The translations under genes were made by a program, and so were the position numbers. A DNA stretch of 59,266 nt, the filler included, from Dugesia japonica (Eukaryota): assembly GCA_001938525.1 (NCBI GenBank). It is 6 parts of 6 records of this genome, joined end to end, with 100 filler letters (N's around TTAATTAATTAA, not from the genome) between each part and the next. Parts side by side here need not be neighbours in the genome. Positions count along the whole stretch, not along the records: positions 20,345 to 29,947 come from MQRL01612744.1; positions 30,048 to 39,311 come from MQRL01336937.1; positions 39,412 to 48,206 come from MQRL01606394.1; 3 more parts are not named here. One strand, written 5' to 3'. Under the pieces are notes generated by a model. The model did no database searches and was not told the origin of the DNA. It was given only the letters and a program-made list of their open reading frames with translations. Below are positions 28,321-40,750 of this stretch, one piece after another. Numbering within the stretch: position 1 is the first letter of the stretch; the number at the start of each line of letters is the position of its first letter.

Positions 28321-29599
28321 TCGTAATTATCATTAGAAAATGAAATAAAACCATTAATATTTAATAAGTAATCATTCTGAATAACGGGGTTTAAATAAAA
28401 TTAACATCTAAAAAATATTTTTTAGTACTCAACTTGGTAGCATTTCACAATTGTTATCAAATGTCTAAAACCAAACNTAATTTAACCTAATATCGCTTGA
28501 AAAATGTCAATTTGGATATAAACGACAATTAATTTAAATTCAAACGAATAATATCAGATAAATTTAGTTCACAGATTATTCAATATTTAGAACTTCATAA
28601 CTTCTATAATCTTTCAAATATAGTTTGTATTTCACTGAAAAACGTCAGTTAAATAATTTTGGAATACTAAAAGAAATATTTATTTATACAAGTTTTACTT
28701 CATTCTTATCCATCAATTTGGCATAATTCAGTGTCAATTTTAATGTTTATTGAAGAGTTTACGAAAAAAATTAATTTTTCCCACTTTTGTATCTAAAAAC
28801 AGCATCACAAAGAAATTAAAGGTTTTCGTCCCATGGAGAAAACTATAAGGTTGTGTTATTAAGATAAACATAAAAGTGAAATTATTGCTTGTAATGTATT
28901 TTTTAAACTTAATTATATTTATTTTAAAATACCAAAACTTCACAATCGATTTTCGTAGTTTTACAAAATTTCTACTTAATTACCATTAAATAAGTTATTA
29001 AATAAATAAGAATGAAAATAAAATTACTTCAAAATCACTATCTGTCATGTTGAGTGAATATTATTAAGCAATGGATATTTTCAATATTTTATTATAAATT
29101 ATAAAATAAATATTAAAACAAAGTTTTTTTATATTTTCAAATAAGATTTTAATTACATTCATGAAAATATTTGAAATTAATCTTTTCTCAAAAAATAACC
29201 AAGTGCTTAATTACAAAATGCATAATCATTTCTTAAATTATCATCCAGTTTTACTTGTATGTTTTTAATTTTCAATCTTTGAAGTATAAATATTCTCATT
29301 AGTTAACATAGCTTCTATTATTTACAATTCATTAATTATTACTTTTTTCTTGATTTTTCACTAAAAATTACTTTCTGCTGTCAAATTCATATCAAATTTC
29401 TGATCTACTGCTTACATTAGCTGTTAATATCATGCATTCAGAGTTTTATCATTTATCTGTCTAAGTATTGAACGACTTACATATCTACCTATACTTACTA
29501 AAAATTTTGAGATCGTTTATAGCGTATATCGAAAAAACTAATTTAACAGGGGAATAAAATTGCAGAAAAACAATTGAATAACAAAAAACAAAAATTTTA

Positions 29600-29947
29600 A
29601 TAGAACTCAATGAAAACAGCTTCAACTAAATTCATATTCTTTATTTTACATCTCTCACATCCCATTTTAAGAATGTTTTAGGTTTCTTTGCATTCCGCGC
29701 CAATTTTTTGATATCTTGTCCTACTATCGCATATCCCTTGTTATGGATGTTTTCCACTACTTGGCAAGGGCTTTCATACCTATAACGGCTTTTGTGTCTG
29801 TTATAATTTTTTACCAGAACTTCTTCTACCAGTTTAAATTGTCTCTATCGGAATCTTGTCTGTCCCATGATTCTAACATCCTCTTATTATCTATTATTTT
29901 TTTTGATCTCCAACTTTCTCAACTATTTTGGGGTTAAAACTGCACTT
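29600..29947 (-). mobile_element. Gypsy integrase C-terminus, polypurine tract and start of 3' LTR
   Basis: RQFKLVEEVLVKNYNRHKSRYRYESPCQVV parallels FQVGDEVLIKAENRSKDKERYTGPYEVI at 45457-45684; followed by a purine-rich tract and TGT. Confidence 0.6.
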
Positions 29948-30059
29948 NNNNNNNNNNNNNNNNNNNNNNNNNNNNNNNNNNNNNNNNNNNNTTAATTAAT
30001 TAANNNNNNNNNNNNNNNNNNNNNNNNNNNNNNNNNNNNNNNNNNNNTGATTTATTCAG

Positions 30060-31190
30060 ATATGGAATGTTACCAAGGTCGAGATGAAAGAAAGTAAAGT
30101 TCTGCTGTCAAAACTATAATGTATTAACAAAACACCTTCGGATCACCAGAAAACTTCATTCGTAGAAAATTTAGTTAAAAAGCAGCAAATGTCATTGATG
30201 AGAAATACCGAAATGAAAAACAGAGAGCACTATTGCTACTCATGCTACCCAAATACTTGCATAAATTAATCAAAGATATGGCAAAATCTGAATTTTATTT
30301 CTTTGGAAGTAAAGATGAACCAGACAAGTTAAAGTGTATATACTGATAAGGCAACTTGTATAAATATGAAATAAACGATAAACCAGAATGAGGGCATAGA
30401 AAATCTTTTTTTACTTGTTCATTTGTATTAAATATTGATGTAAAAAATATATCAATACTAGTTAATGGTAAAAATCCAGAGGTTGAAAATATTTGTAAAG
30501 CACCTATCAAACTTTATTGCAAAATAATAAAAAACCTAGCTGAAGTATTATTAACAGATAACATAGAATGAGACATAGAAGCTCAAATGAAAACCTTTAA
30601 AGATACACCTAAGCTGATAGAAAAAGCAATAGAACGATTAATTATTATCAAGCTGGAAAATATTAAATTTATTCAGTGTACAACATGTGAAAAGAAAGTA
30701 TAAATACTGAATGGTGTGAAAACATTAAACCAAAATGTATTCTATCAACCAAGGTGTTCAAGACTAAGCTATCAACATTACAGCAATTTACAAAAAACCG
30801 CTTGTAAAGTCAAATGGAGCATGTCACAAGAAAGAATAGAAATGACAATCGATCTCCAAACGATCAAATTGTCAGAAATGCTCAAATTAGGAAAGGAAGC
30901 TTCGAAGGAACTAATCACAAAAACAGCCTAAGAAAAAGGAACTGAAATACTAAAAATGTACGAAGCTTATCATCAATTGCTCCAAGATCTACTCAAAGAA
31001 GGCATCACAGAAGAAGAGTGGGTTCTAATGGATAGTACATCGTAGTATGTCTAGACCAGTTGACTCAAGTTATATTCATTCTATACGGACATTTAAAAAC
31101 TTGTTATAACTCCGCACTAAAACTATTTGAATGTCCTCTTTGTAGAGATCAAATTATACGAAGGGTATGTGGAATAAAAGTTAATCAATA
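30060..31190 (+). pseudogene. Inhibitor-of-apoptosis (BIR + C-terminal RING) pseudogene, apparently intronless
   Basis: ~30203-30430 reads KYRNEKQR...DMAKSEFYFFG...KCIY**GNLYKYEINDKPE*GHRKSFFTCSF, with exact BIR spacing C-x2-(C to stop)-x16-H-x6-C. ~31040-31170 reads VVCLDQLTQVIFILYGHLKTCYNSALKLFECPLCRDQIIRRV, an IAP-type RING. Confidence 0.85.
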
Positions 31191-31789
31191 AAATTGATAA
31201 AATAATGAAGACTATATTTTGTATTTGTTATAAAAAAATTTATTTAAATAAATATCTTTGTTATTTTATTTAAGTAGTTTTTTTTATTAAATGATATGAA
31301 TTATTTTCAAATACGTTTCTCGCTTAAAGAAATATAAGGTATTTATACAGTAATTTATCATAAACTCTATATTACACGGTTGTTATATAAATAATAAAAT
31401 CATAATCCTTATAATTCATGGGTTTCATGTTTTTAAAATTAAATATGTATTTATGAAAAATGTCTTGTTAATTTTATTTAAAATACATTATTTTAAAAAC
31501 TAAATAAATAAAACAAAGACTAAATAATAATACATTTATTTTTTATTAATAATAACAAAAATAGTCTTTATAATGATTACGTTCATCCAAGTGATTCTCC
31601 ATGGCTACCATTAGATTAAACTTTGCACAACCGATACAGTCAAGGTGTGCAAAGATCCGATGCCATGTACTGATTGAAAATAAAACCAGGGAGCCTCGGT
31701 TGACATTCTTTGTCTAATAATCCTCGTTTCTCCAATATGTCTTTAAAAATTCCTAAATTAAATTTATTAATAGAATTTAAAAACCTTAT

Positions 31790-32520
31790 TAAAAATCAAA
31801 CCTGTTGTTATGTAAATAGTAGACTCATAACCCATATAGTGCATAGTTGATAAGTAAATAAAACAATGTAAATATACAAATATTAAACTCATAAACCATA
31901 TATTACCTGGTTACTATGTAAAATTACCTTCATAAGTCCTAAATTACACGTTTGCTATGTAAATAATTCAATCAAAAGTCTTATATTTTACAGTTGTTAT
32001 GTAAATAATACGGTTAACTGTGCAAATAATACCCTCATAAGCCTTATAATACAGGGTTACTGCGTAATAATACACTCATAATCCTTATAATACATGGTTG
32101 TTATATAAATATTACAAGGTAACTAAGCAACAAAATACACACAAAAACCATATTAAACGGTTTTTGTGTAAATATTCCATAAATAATATACTAAGCAAAA
32201 AATATACTCCTAAACATTATATTGCACGGTTAACTTGCAAATAAGAAACTTATAATCTTTTAATACAAGGTAACTATGCAAATAATATACTCAGAAACCC
32301 TATAATACAAGGAAACTATGTAATAATAAACTCATAATCTTTATATTACATGACTGTTGTGTAAATAATACAAGTTAACTATTCAAAAACAAATACACAC
32401 AAAAACCATATTAAACGGTTTTATATGTAAATACTAAATGGTAAATAAGCAAATAATATACTAGTAAACATTATATTACACGGTTAATATGTAAATAATA
32501 AACTAATATATTAAACTCAT
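31790..32520. repeat. Degenerate tandem minisatellite (~40-45 bp unit, TAATACACGGTTACTATGTAAATAATACACTCATAATCCTTA-like)
   Basis: Recurring GGTTA..ATGTAAATAATA..CTCATAA.CC motif; additional units at ~31340-31430. Confidence 0.8.
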
Positions 32521-33237
32521 GGATGTATTATTACATAGTTACAAAACGATTTTAAATTTCCTGGCAAAAAAATTCAGAAAATATCAAGACTCCTCTCTTC
32601 CTACATCGCAAAATATTAAAAACAACCCTTCCCACTTAAAAATACTCAAAATTATCAAAAATACCATTATTTTCTAATAATTCATCGATTTAACCAAAAT
32701 ACAGCATTTTTAGTCCAAATAAAGATAACAAAACATAATTACGTCACACCAGTTCAGTAGAATAATTTCAAATAATTCTTATTAATTTGATAATTGATTG
32801 TTTTTCCAAACATACAATTCTCCCCTTCCATCACATTACCTTTCCAACAATTCATCAACCAAAAAAATACATCAATCCCATAAAAACCTACAGCAACTCA
32901 GAAACACGCTCACAATAACTCATCTTAAAAACTCTAAAAAACTTATTTTCAAGATCTCTAGTTCCTCCTCGAGTCCAAAATTCTTTTTTCACACATACAC
33001 ACACAAAAACCACACACACAAACTCAACTTGGCTTCTTTTTAAAAACCCCTTAGCAACCCAAACACACACAAATTTTAAAAATTAAAAATACACACACAC
33101 TTTCAGGATAAAAACAAACTGATCCGATCAAACAAAATTTTAATGCGATCAAAACCTTTTTGATCCCAGAAATCTTAGAAAAAAAAATCATAACACAAAA
33201 TCATACAACAAAAATTCTTACCACAATCGTAATTTGT

Positions 33238-33328
33238 TTCCGAGCCCACCCCATCCCCGGTTGGTGGGAGAGGTTGCGCGATAACTGCTTTTAAAAAAAA
33301 GTGGGTGATGCGCTAATATCTACCTACT
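33238..33328 (-). mobile_element. Maverick/Polinton-like terminus inserted into a Gypsy RT gene
   Basis: Minus strand reads AGTAGGTAGATATTAGCGCATCACCCACT...GCAACCTCTCCC (AGT start, GC-rich subterminus). Gypsy sequence resumes at 33329 (CGCGATTAATCTGTGTT vs CGCCATTAATCTGTGTT at ~18676). Confidence 0.6.
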
Positions 33329-33970
33329 CGCGATTAATCTGTGTTAGGAAAAACGAAAAGAAAGATATACGATTATTCTTAGATTTTAGACAGCTTAATG
33401 CAATAACAGAAAAACAAGCGTTTCCTTTTCCAAATGTGGACGAAATGCTAGATGTTTTGAAAGGTTCGCAGTATTTTAGATCAATAGACTTTGGAAATGT
33501 ATACTACCATGTGGAACTCAGTGAAGATTCTCAAGAAAAGACGGCTTTTTCGACCAAACAAGGGCAATTTTGTTTCAATAGAATGCCTTTTGGAATTGTA
33601 ACAGCACCAGGTACGTTCCAGGAAATGATGAATAAAGTAATCAGGCAAATAAAAGGAGCGATAGTTTATCTAGATAATATTCTCATATTTACCGAAACAA
33701 AGGAGCAACATTACGAAATAATCAATAAAGTATTAACATAAATTAAGCAGGCTAGTCTAAGAGTTAATCCGGAGAAATGTCAATTCATGAGAAAGGAGAT
33801 CAAATTTTTATGAAACGTTATCAAAAATAAATGTGTCAAAACAGATCCAACTAAAATAGAAGCAATTATTAACTTTAGTAAACCAAAATGCGTTAAGAAG
33901 ATGAGAAGCTTTCTGGGAATTTGCTATTACTATCGAAAGTTTAGTAAAGATTATTCAAAGATTATTAAAG
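33329..33970 (+). mobile_element. Gypsy reverse transcriptase fragment (same family as 16798-20244)
   Basis: LDFRQLNAIT...KTAFSTKQGQFCFNRMPFG...YLDN; high DNA similarity to 18676-19300. Confidence 0.92.
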
Positions 33971-33974
33971 ATTG

Positions 33975-34490
33975 ACTGAATCCCACAGAAAATAAGAAAA
34001 ACTTAACCATTTCCGACTAAATAATTTACCAATTTGCCCTACAATTACCAAAATTGACCATTACCAAGGAAATGATTGATCGATATGGTCTAAACCTAGG
34101 AAATAATGGACCAATATTGTCAAAACCGAGTAAATATTTGACCAAATTGTCCAAAGCTGACCCAAATTAACCATTCATGAGGAAATAAATAACCAATATT
34201 ACCTAAGCAGGGTAAAAAATTGACCAAATCACTCAAAAATGAACCAACTAGACTAATCCCTAGGAAAATGTCAACCAAATCACATAAGAAATTAACCAAG
34301 GTAACCAAACCTAAAGAAAATTTTAACCAATTTTACCTGATTCACCCAAACATTACCAATCCAGAAAAAATAATGGACGAAAATTATCCAAACCAACCAA
34401 CATTTGACCAAAATAACAATTCCCGAGTAAATTTTTGACCAAATCAATCAAAAATTACCCAAATTGACCAAACCCGAGGAAATAACTGAC
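33975..34490. repeat. A/C-skewed low-complexity repeat (CCAAATTGACC-like)
   Basis: Recurrent ACCAAA / TTGACC / TTACC words. Confidence 0.6.
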
Positions 34491-34739
34491 TGACAGTATA
34501 GGGAAAGGAGGATACGAGGACAGACGGGGGTAATCGTAACCATTGGTAACGGTTCCGCGACCGTGATCGCGATGGAAATCGCGACCGTTTCCAAGTTGAC
34601 GGTATCGAAGCCGTGATCGGGACTGTTTCCACGGCAACCGTAGCGGTGACAGAAAAAATAATTTTGCTCAGTAACTAAGGGTGGTGCGTGGAAACATATT
34701 GCGTAATGTGTAACTAAGGTGTTATGGTTTATTTTATTT

Positions 34740-35345
34740 TCGATTTTTGAAAATTTTAAAATGTTAAAAAATTTAGAAAAATATTTGGAATTTAAGGATA
34801 TTTTTTTAAAATTTCTTTTTAGAAAATTGGTGACGATATTAGGTTCTAAATTTTCTATCCTCGTGTCCTCTCATTTTTTTGAGTGACTTGCGATATAGTT
34901 TTTTGAGACATTATTTTTGTAAAGTGAAAAAGATTTTTTTGTGAACTTGTTGACGAAGAATGGGACGGTTGCTATGGTAACATGGAAAGTTATGGTTTTA
35001 TGGGTTTTTCTCGGGAACAAAGAGTACTGGAATTTAGGTAATGGTTAAAGTAGATGAATGGTGTGTGGCCGGAGACAGATGATTAGTTTTAATTGGAAGA
35101 AAAAATTTTTTAATATTTTTGAAAAATCAAAAATATTTTTTAGAAATTTGAAAATTTTAAAATGTGAAAAAACTAAGAAAAACATGTGGAGATTTATGGT
35201 ATTTTTAAAATCTTTTTATGTTGAATGTTAATGACGATATACTGTTCTAAAGATTCTGTCCTCGTGTCCTCCATGTTTTTGAGCAACTTGCGAAATAGTT
35301 TTTGAAAAATTATTTTTGTATTGAAAACAAGATTTTTTGTGAGAA
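34740..35345. repeat. Direct repeat of ~200 bp (34740-34945 and 35147-35345)
   Basis: Shared TTTGAAAATTTTAAAATGT...TGACGATAT...TCCTCGTGTCCTC...ACTTGCGA.ATAGTTTTT. Confidence 0.8.
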
Positions 35346-35849
35346 GAAATGAATAGAAAAAACTTGAAAAAGTTAAATTTTATTTTTGAAAAATTTTATT
35401 TTTTGATAAATTTTAAATGTCCAATATCTAGGACAAATGATATAATTTTATGTCCAAAATTTAGGACAAATTATAAATTAAATTTAAAAAATAAAAAACC
35501 TTTATTTTTGAATTTAAATTTTATTGTTTTAATTTGATTTTTTCTAGGTTAATTATAATGTCCCTTTTCTAGTTAAATTATATAATATTTTCCAAGTTTT
35601 TTTACAGTTCTATACACACACACATTAACAAAATAATGTATTTTTTTATGTATTTAATAAATGACATATGTTTGTCTTAATGTTTTTATTATTATTATTA
35701 TTATTATTATTTACATTTAATTTTAATTACTATTAATAAAAAAAGACATAAAAACCAAATTAATAAAAAAGAAATAAAAACAAAATTAATACATATATTT
35801 GATCTATTTAATCATATTCACATAATATATAAATACATACATACATTTG

Positions 35850-38800
35850 CTCATTCGATCAATATAGAATGGTGACCATATGCCACACTGCTGTTTTTCC
35901 CAGTCCATTTCCTCTTGTCATCAAATGGATCTAGCGCTTTCTTTGATGATTTAATGGTGAAGAGCTGGTGATCACCGATCCAATTCTTGTTTGGTCCACT
36001 CTTTTTTCTTTTCCATTTTCATAGGCATCCACGAAATCTTGATGCTTTATCGATGTTTGTTTTAAGGATACACCTTTACTTTTCATCTTGGTTTTGGTAT
36101 TCGTTTGCATTTAATACGATTTCGGACGAAGACAAATCCATTCATTGAAATTTGATCGGCCTTCATTTTCATCTTTAAATTTACCGATGACCGCAGTTAA
36201 TGTTGATAAATAAAGCGGATCATCTTTTTTGAAATTGGAGGTGTCCAAAAACCGGTCTTCTATCATTGCTGGGAGTAACTGATTTCGCTGATCGACATTT
36301 TTACATTCGAGAAAGAAGCTATCTGTATNNNNNNNNNNNNNNNNNNNNNNNNNNNNNAACCTTTCTCTATAAGTCTGTAACTCCTCATATTGAAGCTTAT
36401 ACATCCTGACTTTCGATAGATCAAGGACAGCTTGACCAATATATGATGGCCTATCTAATGTCACTATATCTTTTACCATCAAAACTGCCACTAGTTCATC
36501 ATCAATTTCGACTGTATCCTGGAATTGTGGCTTGCTGGCATAAGTCAATAACTTCTTAGCATTGTTACAGAGCTTCAAATTAATTCTTCTTAATAAATTT
36601 TCGACAGTTTTTCCATATAAACTGTGGTTTTTCAATTTATAAAAGTCTTTCTCGAACGCGTTGAAACTTTTTGCTCTTTTTTCAGAATTAAATTCAATGT
36701 ACGATTTGAAAATACACACTTGACTGAATGATACTGCTCTTTGTATCTTCTCAACTTTTGCACCCAATTTCATAAATAACTCTGAGAGACGATAATGAAT
36801 GACATAATCTTTCTTCGTTTCATGGGCCAAAAGTAACTTTTTGACTCTACTTCCTGGTGGACATTTATTTATAGAAGTAAGTGGCAATTGGTCCAACTTG
36901 CCGTGTTCCTCAGGTGACATTTCTAAATTTACCTTGAAAAAAGTCCACGTTCATAATTTTCAATATCCAAATAAGGCAGGATTTCAATCAGAGTCTTCAA
37001 ATGTTCTTCGTCGACAATCCATTTGAAATTACCATATGGTAATGGCTGACTCAACGCCCAGCCGTACAGGTTGTTGATGTCAATATATAAGAGACTTGTA
37101 TTGTCATCTGCAATGACCCTATGTTTATTAACAAAGGTCATCCCTCCTCTTATACCTGACTGGAAAAAAAGGGCAACTCCGGGTCTTGTAACAATTCAAT
37201 TTTAAGTGTGCATGTTTTGATCGCCGTAGCCTAACATAAAGCTGGAATTGAAATAAAGTTGGCTGGTTCGAGTCCATCTAGTTCCTTGACTTGAGATCGA
37301 AATTGTTCAATAATATCAGCCAATAAGTATATGTCCAATTTCATATATATTAACATATACTGCAACAAATTAGCACATTTATATTGCTCCCAAACTTGTT
37401 TGGCATCATCATATTCTTCATCGGTGATATTATCCCATTTTGATGGTAAGCTGATGATTGATTTCAGTTCTTGAAATGGTTTAGCTAACGTGTATGGAAA
37501 CACACCTTTTCCTTTTATGATATTTGTGGTGAATGCTCTTTTTGTCTGCGGATAATCTTGCAAGTTTGATGCTAGTGTCTTCAACGATGCTGATAAAAAT
37601 TGAAATAAATCCAAAAATCTGATGGATATGGTTTTTCCTTTGTCCATTTTGATGTATGCAGTTAGTGTTGAAAACATTTCTTTCGTTTGCGGGATCACAC
37701 TTAAATTATAACTGGCAAACTTGCTGATTGCAAGCTTGAGGATATGGTGTAGATCATATCCTTTAAAATTGTGACAAAATACTGGCAACATGCATCTGAT
37801 TTGTCTGCTTATGTTGCATTTATTGCAAGAGGCTCCAAGATATTAACCGCTAATATGACAATTATCTTTTACAAATTTATTATAAATTGTCGTCTTTTTC
37901 TTCTTACATAAATAACATTCATTCGCATTCTCAAAATCATTTGTTGAGATGTTAGAGAAGACATTGGCACTTTTGCATTTTCATACCATGTTGTGACCTT
38001 GGTTTTTGCTATTGACTCTAATGCTGAAATGAAATTTATAATGCATTCTGGTCCAGTAAATTCTTGATAACTGATTGCTCCATTTGGCCCCAGAAGCAAC
38101 AAATCCGCCGATGCTGGCATATGAATACTTTTATGTATTTCTGATGGAATCAACACCGATTCAAAGTCGGCATAAACGATATAAGGTGGGCTGATTGTTT
38201 TGGAAAAATCAGAAAACTCACAATACTTGTTACCTGGCATTTTGTATAATGTTGTAAATTTGTCTTGAGAATTACACATGGTAAAGGTTTGTCGTAGCCA
38301 ATTTTATATCTGAACCCATGCAAGCATTTGTGGCACCAGAACTGACATTGAATTCGGAATCCACTTTCTTTATCTCTTAAATTGAGGAGGCTGTTCAAAT
38401 TTGTTATTGCCAAATAATGCTAGTTGTTGTTATTCTCTAAAAGAAGCAAGTTGATTTGTGTTCCATCTTGATTCTTGCTTCTATAAAACAAGTCAATATA
38501 CAGATTTTTGATAATATCCACTTCATCGGAAATATCCACTTCGTTATTGTATTTGAAGACATTGATGGCATACTGCGGATTATTTCTTTCGAACTTTGGT
38601 ATATTTTTTATTTTCATTGGCATATCTTCTTCTTTTGAAAAATAAATCTCTTATAAATACGGCTCATAGTTGCTCACTCTTTCCCTATGATGTTTGATTA
38701 TGGAATACTTTTAAACAGCTAAAATGCTGTAAATAAAACACAAATTGTCCTCATTCTGTACATTGATTGTTGCATTTGATTTGACCAATGTTTCTGGCGA

Positions 38801-39311
38801 TTTGATGAAGCTTCGACCAGAGAGATACAGAATTACACTAATATTGATTAATTTGAAGCAATAATGGAGGACTTTTACGATTTTCCATCCACTTCCCATT
38901 TCACTGTATTTTCTACCTTCTCTGCCAAAACTGGAGAAATGTTTTCGATGAAGTTTGGGTGAAATTCAACTAGTTTATGAGACACATACCATTCTTTTGT
39001 GTCACATTCTAGATTTTCGAATAGAATTTTGAGACCATGAACGATTTTTCAATTTTCGAGTTTTTCTGCTTGTTCACACACTTTTTCAATAAAGCTTGTC
39101 GGAAGCATAATTTCTCTGGTGTTGTTTCGACTGATATCAAAACACATTTCGATATGGTTGCCGTTCATAATTATTGTGATTTTCTGATAATGGCAGCTTG
39201 GTTTTGATGATTTCGCTACTACCGATCCTTTTCGTTACCGATTATTTTCAAGAACTGTTTGAACTGGATTGACTGATGGACCTGGATTGACTGATGGAAT
39301 TGGATTGATTG
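35850..39311 (-). pseudogene. Maverick/Polinton (adintovirus-like) protein-primed family B DNA polymerase, near full length, disrupted
   Basis: Exonuclease motifs VYADFES and HNFKGYD; KGVFPY; IRGG; LLYIDINNLYGWA; KLKNHSLYGKT; (D)TDSF; LRPKSY; KGV; FDDKR...AYGH. Endonuclease VII-like DNCHISG.YLGASCNKCN insert and N-terminal NEDNLCF motif. Several stops and frameshifts. Confidence 0.93.
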
Positions 39312-40750
39312 NNNNNNNNNNNNNNNNNNNNNNNNNNNNNNNNNNNNNNNNNNNNTTAATTAATTAANNNNNNNNNNNNNNNNNNNNNNNNNNNNNNNNN
39401 NNNNNNNNNNNATAATGCAGTTCATAATTACAATTTATAATCATCGAATAAGAAAATTACAAAAGTGAAATCTCTGTTGTAAATTATTATATTTTAACAG
39501 CTATTTATTATTATCTACCACAGTAGTTACCAGACGTTTGTGGTTTGCTACGCTTTTAGTATATCAATATTTTTTCACGGTACCCAAAATAAAAATATTG
39601 ATCTATTATTATGCAAGTTTTTAATTATAACTTTACCAGTTATTCATTCTTCTTTTATAGCAAGGNNNNNNNNNNNNNNNNNNNNNNNNNNNNNNNNNNC
39701 GGCTCTAAAAAAGTTTGTTGATTTGCTTGAATTTATGATTGTAAAATATAGTAAATGAATCGCTTTGGTTTTTTTGGTTATTTATTGTTTATAAAAGATA
39801 GTTTGATCCTAAAAGATTTTTTAATTTAGTAGTTTTTTACCGAACTTAACGAAAAATTATTTATAAAAGCTTATTGAAAATATTTGAGTGCTCTTTTATA
39901 TAGCTTTTATTAATATATCAATATTTTAGACATTCAAACAATATCACTTGTACTGTACAGCCGTTGTAAAAAAATCGATATATGGCTAACAATAGCTTAA
40001 AGGCTGTCTTTCATTGTGTTATGAGTTTGAAGTCCTCATCGGATAATTAATGTCAAAACTTATTTCCATAAGAGATTTATTCACAAAAAAAAACTATAAA
40101 CATAAACTTGCCTTTTTCAAAAATATTTAAAAATTGATACTTAAAAACGGAAAACATCAAATATCAGTATTTTGTAAAATATTTTAATTTAAAATTTGTT
40201 TAATGTCAAATTTTAAAATACAGTAAAAAACACATTTCAATGACAATATTTTATTCTATTTTTAATTTAAAATTTTATCTTATTTTATTTTATTCAAAAT
40301 TTTATTAATGTCAAATTTAAAAATACAGTAAAAAATATATTTTATTGACAAAAACAAAAATTTGAAAATTTTAACAAAATTACAAATATTTTAATACACA
40401 TTTATTAATTTTATAAATAACGAAAATGTTAATTTATTTATTTGATAAATTATTTTTATGATACAAATTTAAATATTTAACAAAACTGATTTCAATAAAT
40501 ACAAAAAATTCAAATCCGCTTGTAAAAACTATCTTACATATTGATTTTAACAACATACCTGGTTTTACTGGGAAATTCATAAGTGAACACAATTATTTTA
40601 TAAAAAATATATTTTACTAAAAATAAATTCACATTAACATTAACAATACATTGAATACATGCAAATATTATTTATTATCAAATATTATTTATAATCAAAT
40701 ATTATTCGACGAAAATAATTTCATTACATAAAAAAAAATTTACAAAGTTA

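Noticed and set aside
31790-32520. CRISPR-like periodicity
   Set aside because: Units are degenerate with no unique spacers, no cas genes, and the context is eukaryotic.
33281-33289. Alternative Maverick end at 33289 (reverse complement AGCAGTTAT)
   Set aside because: The Gypsy junction and the match to 27664 place the end at 33328.
33301-33741. ORF 33301-33741 as a real gene
   Set aside because: Chimeric: its first codons come from the terminus and the rest is a Gypsy RT fragment with YLDN in place of YLDD.
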